Source: an uncultured Gammaproteobacteria bacterium
GTDB lineage: Bacteria > Pseudomonadota > Gammaproteobacteria > UBA9214
Length of the DNA: 64,000 nucleotides
Reading direction: 5' to 3'
NCBI GenBank assembly: GCA_963701505.1
Contig: CAVOZZ010000012.1
Location: forward strand, 80,219 to 144,218
Each line of letters begins with the position of its first letter. Positions within the stretch are counted from its first letter, which is position 1. The position numbers and the translations under genes were made by a program. This document shows positions 42,124 through 49,887 of this stretch, one piece after another. A model generated the notes under the pieces. The model saw only the letters and a program-made list of their open reading frames with translations, made no database searches and was not told the DNA's origin.

Positions 42124-43427
42124 GAAACAGGCTGACTGCCAGAGCCTTCCTGTTACTCATCCCGCTCACCGCAACAACCGCGGCCGTCTCCGGGAAACCG
42201 CTGCAATCGCCCGCAACTGACAGCGAACAGCCGCAAGCCGGCAACCCGCAGCCAACAGAGCTCGCAGCACTGGGAGAACCTCCGGTCGCACCGAGCCTTG
42301 ACCTGAGGCAGGTTGCGCCGTTACCAAGACCCGTACCCACCGTCGAAGCCTTTCCAGAGACAGCCATACAGACAGATACCGGCCAGCAAGCCAATGCGGA
42401 GCCCGAACCCTTTGAGAACGGCGACGAGCATAAACTGGTGATCCTCGGATCGGAAGTTGCCCCGGGCACAGCCACGCGCCTGTCATGGACTCCCGATGGC
42501 AACATCTCCGGCCTGGCCACACCCACACCGGTCATGGTGATCAGGGGCAACACCCCCGGCAAGACCATGTGCATGACAGCGGCTGTGCACGGTGATGAAC
42601 TGAATGGTATCGAAATCGTGCGCCGTGTAATGTATGACATCGACCCGGAAAAGCTGACCGGTACTATTATTGGCATACCGATTGTCAATCTGCAGGGCTT
42701 CCAGAGAGGCTCCCGCTACCTTTCCGACCGCCGCGACCTGAATCGTTATTTCCCCGGCGAGGCCACTGGCAGTCTTGCAGCGCGTACCGCCTGGTCGCTT
42801 TTCAATGAAGTCATCGTACATTGTGATTTCCTGGTTGACATGCATACAGGGTCTCTGCGACGCACCAATATGCCGCAGATACGCGCCGATATACGCTTCA
42901 AGAATGTCGCGGATTTCACCGATGGCTTCGGCAAGATTGCAGTCGTACACAGTACCGGCAGACCAGGCATGCTGCGCTTCGCTGCTGTTGCCAACGGCAT
43001 CCCTGCCGCCACACTGGAAGTCGGTGAATCGCTGCGCATACAGGAAGACCAGATAGACGTCGGCGTTGGCAGCATTAACCGTCTACTGGAACACGAGGGC
43101 ATGTACTCACGCCCCTTTACCTGGGGCGAGCCGGAGCCAGTCTACTACAAGTCCAGCTGGATACGGGCCGAAAACGGTGGCATCCTGTTCAGCAAGAAGG
43201 AAGTGGGTGACCTGATCAGGGTCGACGACGTGCTTGGCTCCATTACCGACCCGATCACCAACGAAACCAGCAATATCCTGTCAACGATAAACGGCCGCAT
43301 CATTGGAATGGCCGTCAATCAATTCGTGATGCCGGGCTATGGCTGCTATCACATCGGAATCGAGGCAACAGAAGAAAAACTCGCCGACCTCGGGGTCACA
43401 GACGGCATTGAGGGCGAAGTTGAATAA
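42105..43427 (+). CDS. Secreted zinc hydrolase of the succinylglutamate desuccinylase/aspartoacylase (AstE/AspA, M14-like) family
   Basis: The signal-like N-terminus is MKSSNRRNRLTARAFLLLIPLTATTAAVSG, followed by a Pro-rich linker. The catalytic region reads MCMTAAVHGDELNGIEIVRRV...HTGS. The ORF track starts at GTG 42069. Confidence 0.8.
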   Translation: MKSSNRRNRLTARAFLLLIPLTATTAAVSGKPLQSPATDSEQPQAGNPQPTELAALGEPPVAPSLDLRQVAPLPRPVPTVEAFPETAIQTDTGQQANAEPEPFENGDEHKLVILGSEVAPGTATRLSWTPDGNISGLATPTPVMVIRGNTPGKTMCMTAAVHGDELNGIEIVRRVMYDIDPEKLTGTIIGIPIVNLQGFQRGSRYLSDRRDLNRYFPGEATGSLAARTAWSLFNEVIVHCDFLVDMHTGSLRRTNMPQIRADIRFKNVADFTDGFGKIAVVHSTGRPGMLRFAAVANGIPAATLEVGESLRIQEDQIDVGVGSINRLLEHEGMYSRPFTWGEPEPVYYKSSWIRAENGGILFSKKEVGDLIRVDDVLGSITDPITNETSNILSTINGRIIGMAVNQFVMPGYGCYHIGIEATEEKLADLGVTDGIEGEVE

Positions 43428-43694
43428 CATTGCAGTCTGCCCTGCTGACTAACAGACTGAACGACATCCTGTAACCAACGGTTGAAGGGGTACCGTCAAA
43501 ACCGTGGCAGTGAAGCCGCTCCCTGATAAATAGCCCGATGTAGCCCGTATTCGCCCCCCGCCAGTCGGCAAATTTGACTGGAAACCGCCTGCAATACATT
43601 GCTTGCCGGAACACTCCCTATTAAATTGTTCAACTTGCTGTTGCACACGTAAAGCGTGACAGCATGTTCATTTGACAAGCGGCAGGACATTTCC

Positions 43695-45437
43695 ATGGCT
43701 ACCCGGGACAAGATTTACATCGAGCAGATAAAGCTGCTCAGCGAAAACATCCCGCGCGGCCAGCTCCTCAATATGGTGATTGCCCTGGCGTTTGCGCTTG
43801 TCATGCTGATACAGTCAAGCAGAGCCGCCGTGATCTCCTGGCTTGCGCTTCTTTATGGTGTATCCCTTATCCGCCATCTCCTGCACAAATATTATTTCCC
43901 ACCGGCCAATAACAAGCCGATAACGGTCCACACACGCCACTTCTATGCCGCCGCATCGGCAATGGCCGGCACCGTATGGGGTAGCGCAATGTTCTTCTTC
44001 AAGCCGGAAACCCTGGGCGAAATGCTGCCCATCGCCTTGATCCTCGCCGGTGTGATGGCCGGGGGAATCAGCGTACTTTCCTACCTGAAGGAATCCTATG
44101 CGAGTTTTGCAACCCCCATCGCCATCACGCTAATAACGGGTTTCTTTACGATGGGCCAGCAGACGGCAACGGTTATGGGATACATGCTCATCATCTATAC
44201 AGCTGCCTGCCTGTATTTCAGCCGCTCATTCAACAAGGTTCTGACCGAGACCCTGCGGCTAGAGCATCGCAATGATGCGCTTATGGCTGAGTTGCGAAAA
44301 GAGAAAGAAATGGCGGAACAGGCTAACAGGGCGAAATCCAGATTTCTCGCCGCGGCAAGCCACGATTTACGGCAGCCGCTGCACGCGCTGTCCCTGTTGT
44401 TCGAGGCAATCAAGGAGGCCGATTCCATTGAACTCAGGAGATCACTGTATCCGAAAATCGAGATGTCCATAGAGGCACTGAGTGGCCTTTTTAATGCACT
44501 GCTTGACATATCGAAGCTGGATGCCGGTGTAGTCGAGGCAAACCTCGAGGACTTTTATATTCAGGATGTTATCAAGGCGACAATGCATGAATATGAAACG
44601 CAGGCGGAAAACAAAAATCTTTCGATGAGAGTGCATTGCAGCGACAGCATCGTATATTCCGATCGTGTCTTCCTGGAGCGCATCATCAGAAACCTGTTAA
44701 GTAACGCCGTTCGCTATACCGAGGCAGGCGGGGTGCTGGTGTCATGCCGCAAGCGTGGCGATCGTGTCATGTTTCAGGTCTGGGATACGGGGATCGGCAT
44801 CCCTGAGGCAGAAATCAGCACCGTATTCAGTGAATTTTACCAGCTGCATAATATCCACAGAGACAGAAGCCAGGGACTTGGGCTCGGTCTTTCCATTGTA
44901 CGGAGACTCTGCGAGCTGCTGGATCATCCTGTTGAACTGAGCTCAAGGCCGGGCACTGGCAGTGTAGTCACTATTCTGATACCCGCTGGAAATCCACAAC
45001 ATGTTCGGAAAGAGAATCATCCTGCAGCGGCCTCGCCCTGGGACTTGACCGGGCTATGTGTGCTGGTTATTGATGATGATATCGAGGTCCTGGCCGCGAC
45101 TTCCGTGTTGCTGAAAAAGTGGGGTTGTCAGGTAATTACCGCGCTGTCATCCAGTGATGCCCTAGACAAGATCACCGCAGCAGCGGCAAAACCGGACTTC
45201 GCGTTATCCGACCTGCGCCTGCCTGGTAACCAAAACGGCATACAGGCGCTGGATGCAATACGCAGCAGGCTGGGCACCGATATCCCTGCAATCCTGATAA
45301 CGGGCGACACCCGGCCGGAACGAATTAACCTTGCCCGGCAAAGTGGGTACAAGGTATTACACAAGCCGCTGAAACCTGCACAACTGCGTACGGCCATTCA
45401 CCAGCTGCTCACTTCCCGTGCAGTTATTACTGGATAA
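43695..45437 (+). CDS. Hybrid sensor histidine kinase (multi-TM sensor, HisKA, HATPase_c and receiver)
   Basis: About six N-terminal TM segments have no large periplasmic loop. The H-box reads RFLAAASHDLRQPLHAL, with N/G boxes (RNLLSNAVRYT, DTGIGI, GLGLSIV). The C-terminal REC domain reads VLVIDDD...LSDLRLPG...LHKP. The ORF is open from 43656. Confidence 0.88.
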   Translation: MATRDKIYIEQIKLLSENIPRGQLLNMVIALAFALVMLIQSSRAAVISWLALLYGVSLIRHLLHKYYFPPANNKPITVHTRHFYAAASAMAGTVWGSAMFFFKPETLGEMLPIALILAGVMAGGISVLSYLKESYASFATPIAITLITGFFTMGQQTATVMGYMLIIYTAACLYFSRSFNKVLTETLRLEHRNDALMAELRKEKEMAEQANRAKSRFLAAASHDLRQPLHALSLLFEAIKEADSIELRRSLYPKIEMSIEALSGLFNALLDISKLDAGVVEANLEDFYIQDVIKATMHEYETQAENKNLSMRVHCSDSIVYSDRVFLERIIRNLLSNAVRYTEAGGVLVSCRKRGDRVMFQVWDTGIGIPEAEISTVFSEFYQLHNIHRDRSQGLGLGLSIVRRLCELLDHPVELSSRPGTGSVVTILIPAGNPQHVRKENHPAAASPWDLTGLCVLVIDDDIEVLAATSVLLKKWGCQVITALSSSDALDKITAAAAKPDFALSDLRLPGNQNGIQALDAIRSRLGTDIPAILITGDTRPERINLARQSGYKVLHKPLKPAQLRTAIHQLLTSRAVITG

Positions 45438-46077
45438 GTCCATGGTGACGGGCAATACTGACACATTCAGTCCTGTTTGCAGCACCGAGTGCCCGCAACA
45501 GCGCGCTTACATGTACCTTGACAGTATTTTCAGTCAGTAACAGCATCCGCGATATCTGCTTGTTTGAATATCCGCTGGCCAGTAATTTCAGAACTTCATA
45601 TTGTCTTTTGGTGATACCACAGTTGCCGGGCACGTCATGCACATGCTTGTCATATGCCTGCAGCGGCGGCTGGCGCTGGATTTGATTATGGACTTCATCG
45701 GGTATGAAGATCCCACCCTCCATGACGGTACGGAGCGCGCCAAGCAATTTCTTCCCGGAGTAGGATTTGGGTATAAACCCCATGGCGCCCGCTGCAATCA
45801 CCGCGCTGATGGCATGCGGGTCATCTTCTCCCGAGATAATGATGATTGGCAGACAGGTATTGCGGACACGTTTGTGTTGCATGATCGACAGAGCATCCAG
45901 TCCCGGCATGTGCAGATCCAGCAGCACAAGATCCAGTGCGGCACCTGAATCCAGATGGCTCACTGCCTCATCGGCGGAGGTGGCCTCCATGATTTCAACA
46001 TGATCATCGAGCAAGTTGATAAAATGCCGTATACCATCGATGAACAAAGGGTGATCATCAACGATCAGAATATGCAC
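45427..46077 (-). CDS. NarL/FixJ(LuxR)-family response regulator
   Basis: The REC domain reads MHILIVDDHPLF...LLDLHMPGLD. The C-terminal HTH_LuxR reads ITKRQYEVLKLLASGYSNKQISRMLLLTENTVKVHVSALL. The 3' end overlaps the kinase 3' end by 11 nt (convergent). Confidence 0.9.
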   Translation of the reverse strand: MHILIVDDHPLFIDGIRHFINLLDDHVEIMEATSADEAVSHLDSGAALDLVLLDLHMPGLDALSIMQHKRVRNTCLPIIIISGEDDPHAISAVIAAGAMGFIPKSYSGKKLLGALRTVMEGGIFIPDEVHNQIQRQPPLQAYDKHVHDVPGNCGITKRQYEVLKLLASGYSNKQISRMLLLTENTVKVHVSALLRALGAANRTECVSIARHHGLIQ

Positions 46078-46319
46078 TGACAGACCCCAGTATCTGAATG
46101 CTTGTTCCCTTCTTCACTGCACCACGCTCGTGCATTGCACAGTAATTATAAACAAATCCAGTACATGAAAGTTAATACTTTTGTGTAATTGCACTCCTGC
46201 ATATTGCGCAGTACATTTTGCGCAAGCCTGAAACGAGGTTGTATCTATGCGGGCCAGGGATATGCATGCCGGCACGCACAGCAACAACGGTAACAGGACT
46301 GCGTTAACGGAGGACGATA

Positions 46320-46457
46320 ATGGACACCATTAAAGGACTGATAATTATTTTACTGCTGTTTGCGGCACCTGTGATTGCAGGAGAATACGCGGGCTACAAC
46401 ACTACTGCAGGCAGCCCGACGAACCCGGTACAGAAACCGGATAAAGATTGCGAATAA
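46320..46457 (+). CDS. Candidate 45-aa secreted peptide (not in ORF track)
   Basis: A strong SD (GGAGGA, 46309-46314) lies 5 nt before the ATG. The peptide is MDTIKGLIIILLLFAAPVIAGEYAGYNTTAGSPTNPVQKPDKDCE, with a signal-peptide-like N-terminus. It is upstream of and co-directional with the CpxP-like gene. Confidence 0.4.
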   Translation: MDTIKGLIIILLLFAAPVIAGEYAGYNTTAGSPTNPVQKPDKDCE

Positions 46458-46539
46458 TATCGACAGAGCCAGTTCCGTTGTTTTTTGACTCGCCGGTACG
46501 CATCGCAAGAGGACGGATATACGCAAGTACGGCAAGAAC

Positions 46540-47052
46540 ATGAAACATGCTGGCATCTTTTTCGCATTCTTGTTTTTTTGCACTGCTGCACAGGCAAAGC
46601 ACAACAGTGACCACCCCCTGTCTCCCGAGGACTGGAAGGAAGTCATGGAAAAAGTTGTTCTCCTGGAGAACTCTGGTCTCATGCCGACGCTGCTTCCGGT
46701 CATCATGAGCAATAGAGACATACTTCAGCTCACTGATGAACAGATAAATTCATTCCGCGCATGGCGAAAGAACAACTACACACACATGGTAAACGTCATG
46801 AATGAAATTATCGAGAAGATGGTTCAGTTTCGCGTTGAGTCCTTAAGACCAAGCGTCAGCAGTGAACAGCTCATTGCATTTCAGTCAGAAATACAGGGAT
46901 TACAGCGCCGGCTTTTGGTAATAAAACTTTCCTGCAGGGATCTTGTCATGAAAAGTTTCACCACTACACAATGGGAGAACTTTGCATTCGTCGTTTCTGA
47001 CAATCCCAGGCTTGCAAGCCTTATGTCTCAGGACAACCCGGGATCACACTGA
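46540..47052 (+). CDS. Periplasmic CpxP/Spy-like protein (LTXXQ motif)
   Basis: The signal peptide is MKHAGIFFAFLFFCTAAQA. The protein is helical with one LTDEQ (LTXXQ) motif (LQLTDEQINSFRAW). The family assignment is tentative. Confidence 0.55.
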   Translation: MKHAGIFFAFLFFCTAAQAKHNSDHPLSPEDWKEVMEKVVLLENSGLMPTLLPVIMSNRDILQLTDEQINSFRAWRKNNYTHMVNVMNEIIEKMVQFRVESLRPSVSSEQLIAFQSEIQGLQRRLLVIKLSCRDLVMKSFTTTQWENFAFVVSDNPRLASLMSQDNPGSH

Positions 47053-47332
47053 TCTGAGCAAATGCGATGGCTCAATCGTGTATCCGTATCAGGGATGACG
47101 TTAGTGCGAAGCAAACAACAAGATCCGCGCGCTTCAGGACACAGGGTGGTACGGGGAGTATTCAGGCATCAAAGAAGGTTGTGGCAGGATGCCGATCCGC
47201 AGCTATGGAAAACAAGGCCCGTGTTGCCCTGCCAGCGGTGCGGAGACCGTAACAGACTGGAGTGACAGAACTAACTAGCGGCTATGCAACACGGCCCGGT
47301 TTCCCGGACCGTGTATCCTGCTGGACTCAATC

Positions 47333-47674
47333 CTATTCAGGCAGCCTGGGAGGAGGAGGAGTTTGCTCCTTGCCACTTGAGGGATTTACCACGATGGTGC
47401 TTGGCTGGCCGCCATAGCCCGGATAGCCTCCCCAGCCACCATAAGGGCCACCCCAGCCATAGGGGCCACCCCCGTAGGGCCCGTAGCCATAGGGACCATA
47501 GCCCCCGTAGTAACCACGGCCATACCGGTAATAATCATCATCGTCGTCGTCAAACCAGTCACCCGGGTTCATCATGTTGCCCATATTGAAGGCGTGTGCG
47601 ATGTTCGTCACCGCAAGAATTGCCACGCCAAGGGCTGCTGCTGTCGCTACTGAAGTGATTTTTTTCCGATTCAT
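47333..47674 (-). CDS. Secreted Gly/Tyr-rich low-complexity protein, sulfur-globule-protein (SgpA/SgpB)-like
   Basis: A GAGG SD precedes the start. The signal peptide is MNRKKITSVATAAALGVAILAVTNIAHA. The mature part has a DDDDDD run and then YYRYGRGYYGGYGPYGYGPYGGGPYGWGGPYGGWGGYPGYGG. Confidence 0.6.
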   Translation of the reverse strand: MNRKKITSVATAAALGVAILAVTNIAHAFNMGNMMNPGDWFDDDDDDYYRYGRGYYGGYGPYGYGPYGGGPYGWGGPYGGWGGYPGYGGQPSTIVVNPSSGKEQTPPPPRLPE

Positions 47675-47854
47675 TGGCGGTTACCTCACGTTTCTCGTTA
47701 TCTAATACGAACCTGGGTTCGAACAGTTTAAACCAGTATCCGGGCGGATCAACTGTCTCTGCGCACACCTTGAAAGGGAGCCGCCCCGATGCACTTGCCG
47801 GTTAATGATAATCGGCATGCATTTTTTTATTTATTTGGCAACGTTACAATGATA

Positions 47855-47895
47855 TATACAACCATATTGTGTGATTTACAACCATATTGCATGAT
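47855..47895. promoter_or_regulatory. Two tandem 20-bp direct repeats in an AT-rich divergent promoter region
   Basis: TACAACCATATTGTGTGAT lies at 47857-47875 and TACAACCATATTGCATGAT at 47877-47895. They match at 17 of 19 positions with a 20-bp period. They are about 180 bp from each of the divergent starts at 47674 and 48077. Confidence 0.4.
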
Positions 47896-48076
47896 AATGT
47901 TATGAAACGGTGCTCTGGTACCAGGCGCAAGGAAAAAATACTCAGCTGAGCGATCTGCATAATACATTCGCTCAGAATCAGGGAAATGGTGCCCGTTTCG
48001 AATCCTTTATGGAAGGACCATGTGCCAGCAGATTGCCTGGTTTGTGGTGTCAAACAAAACCGCCCGGGGGGTAATA

Positions 48077-48817
48077 ATGAAAAAGCTGCCGCTATTGTTA
48101 ATTCTGATTCTGCCAATCATCTGTCAGGCAGAGGCCTACCAATCGACACTGTTGGTACAAACCGGTCAAATGCGCGAGAGTGATCTCATCGTGCGTACCG
48201 TTACTGACCTGGAAAGCAGCAAGATCTGCCTGGCATTTTATATTCGAACCACCGGCACGAGTCCGGTAATGAATTGTTATGATGCCGTGGGCGGATATGC
48301 CGCCAATATCAATCAGGTCGGGCACTTCAAGGAACAACAGCTGATTGTCCGTAAAATGAAGGATACCGTGAACGATGTGTCTTGCCTGGTGGCTTATGTC
48401 GGCACACCGGGGACCTCACCTTCCATTGACTGCTACAAAAGCAGAAAGTCTGCCACCGATGACCTGGTGCGAAGCGGGCATTTGCGTGAGGGCGACCTCG
48501 ATGTATACCGGGTCATCGACAAGGACAGTACCAAGACCTGCCTGGTTGCCTATGTTGCCACCGGGGGTACCGCACCTTCGCTGAAGTGCTATAACAGTCA
48601 AGCAGGAGACAAGGGTGGCCTGGTGCAGAACAGCTTTTTACGTGAGGGTGACCTCATTGTGCGCAAGATCGTCGATCGGGCCAACAATAAAGAATGCCTG
48701 ATTTCCTATGTCAGTACAGAGGGCACCTCTCCAAGCATCAACTGCTTCGATGTGGAGTCGGTGCCCCCGGCCAGCAGTGCCCCAAAGACATCCATCCCGG
48801 TCACCCCGAATCGCTGA
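48077..48817 (+). CDS. Secreted protein made of four tandem ~52-aa Cys-containing repeats (unrecognised domain)
   Basis: The signal peptide is MKKLPLLLILILPIICQA. The repeat consensus is (L/F)RE.(D/Q)L.V(R/Y)(K/R)..D......CL(V/I)(A/S)YV.T.GT(S/A)PS..C(Y/F), present four times. The C-terminal tail is Pro/Ser-rich. Confidence 0.7.
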   Translation: MKKLPLLLILILPIICQAEAYQSTLLVQTGQMRESDLIVRTVTDLESSKICLAFYIRTTGTSPVMNCYDAVGGYAANINQVGHFKEQQLIVRKMKDTVNDVSCLVAYVGTPGTSPSIDCYKSRKSATDDLVRSGHLREGDLDVYRVIDKDSTKTCLVAYVATGGTAPSLKCYNSQAGDKGGLVQNSFLREGDLIVRKIVDRANNKECLISYVSTEGTSPSINCFDVESVPPASSAPKTSIPVTPNR

Positions 48818-48856
48818 GACAAACTGCAAGCACTGGCCAGGGATTTAAAGACGGCA

Positions 48857-48888
48857 TGACATGATCCCCCGGCGGGGGGATCATGTCA
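48857..48888. terminator. Strong hairpin between convergent genes
   Basis: TGACATGATCCCCC-ggcg-GGGGGATCATGTCA forms a 14-bp perfect stem. The flanking T-runs are weak. Confidence 0.55.
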
Positions 48889-48971
48889 GTTGTGCGTTGA
48901 AATAGCGGCTGATCTTTGGTTGTTTGCACCACCCTGCACTGCCTTCCCCTGCAGACACGATGGAGTGGTTT

Positions 48972-49796
48972 TCAGAAACTGGCAGTCACATATAAAACCG
49001 GGCCTTTGTAATCGATATCATATTTGTCTTTTCTGTTAGATTTATTAATCGTCAGATCCATATTAATGTAGTTGTAACCGACACCCACACCAAAATGGTC
49101 GGTCAGACGGTAGTCAAGATTGGCCGCGAGCGTCAGGAGATTACCGTCATAGTCATCGTAATTCAGGCCAAACCAGCCGGCGGAGCCATCCAGCGACAGT
49201 TTCGGTGTAAAGGCATAGGTGCCATAGCCAAGGACATTCGGCAACGGCGCTGTCAGATCGACCGAGTCTGACTGTACACTGCCGCTCGCATTGTTGATGC
49301 CGCCACTGACCTTGAGTTTCGTATCGAACCTCACGAGGTGCACACCAGCACCGATACCAAGTTCGGCACGTTCATTCTTCAGCAAGGAATAACCGACCTG
49401 GGTGATATAAAAGTCCGTTTTGAACTTCGTATCGACGGCCAGAAAACCCGAGGCCTCAATATCTCCAAAGTCCAGATCATCGAAATTCTCACGGACGTTG
49501 CCGTTAACATCCAGACCGAAATAATCGAAGGTAAGACGCCAGCGCTCAGTAAAGCGCCAGCGTGCAGAGAATGCCGCGTTTGTTTCCGTGTCATCAACAC
49601 CCAAATCACTGGTTGTGAGCTTTTCCGTGGGGTCACCCTCGCGCGTGGAACTAAAGCTACCGTCAGCCTTCAGCCAGCTGGCCCCGAGCTTGAAGGTAAA
49701 TTTGTCATCCAGGACGGGATTAAGCGCGTTGCCGGCAGCATTGACCGAGTATGAAAGGACACTTCCAAACAGTAACGCCAATAGTCGTAGTTTCAT
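48972..49796 (-). CDS. Outer-membrane beta-barrel protein
   Basis: The signal peptide is MKLRLLALLFGSVLSYSVNA. The sequence has alternating amphipathic strands and a C-terminal ...GPVLYVTASF with a terminal Phe. Confidence 0.7.
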   Translation of the reverse strand: MKLRLLALLFGSVLSYSVNAAGNALNPVLDDKFTFKLGASWLKADGSFSSTREGDPTEKLTTSDLGVDDTETNAAFSARWRFTERWRLTFDYFGLDVNGNVRENFDDLDFGDIEASGFLAVDTKFKTDFYITQVGYSLLKNERAELGIGAGVHLVRFDTKLKVSGGINNASGSVQSDSVDLTAPLPNVLGYGTYAFTPKLSLDGSAGWFGLNYDDYDGNLLTLAANLDYRLTDHFGVGVGYNYINMDLTINKSNRKDKYDIDYKGPVLYVTASF

Positions 49797-49887
49797 CTAG
49801 CAATCTCCTGATTAATGCCCGTCATCGGCGAGCCGGATAGGCAGATTCTACCGGGTTAAGCAGAAAAATGAACTACTTTACAACAGA

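Noticed and set aside
43501-43513. A 9-nt match (CTGCCACGG on the minus strand) to the left end of the CACGGAA repeat family.
   Set aside because: It is too short. About one such match is expected by chance in 128 kb of two-strand sequence, and no further CACGGAA units or inverted arm lie nearby.
46080-46320. Repeated CAGTACAT (46159-46166 and 46209-46216) and GTAATT/TGCAC motifs in the AT-rich region upstream of the regulator gene, considered as possible operators.
   Set aside because: The motifs are short and lie in AT-rich DNA. I could not define a convincing dyad or a spacing consistent with a LuxR-type box, so I do not report a site.
47284-47589. A His/Arg-rich 101-aa ORF on the plus strand (…HKGHPSHRGHPRRARSHRDHSPRSNHGH…), which could be taken for a metal-binding protein.
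   Set aside because: It is the antisense reading of the Gly/Tyr-rich repeats. The minus-strand ORF has the SD, a canonical signal peptide and a clean AXA cleavage site, so the minus strand is the coding one.
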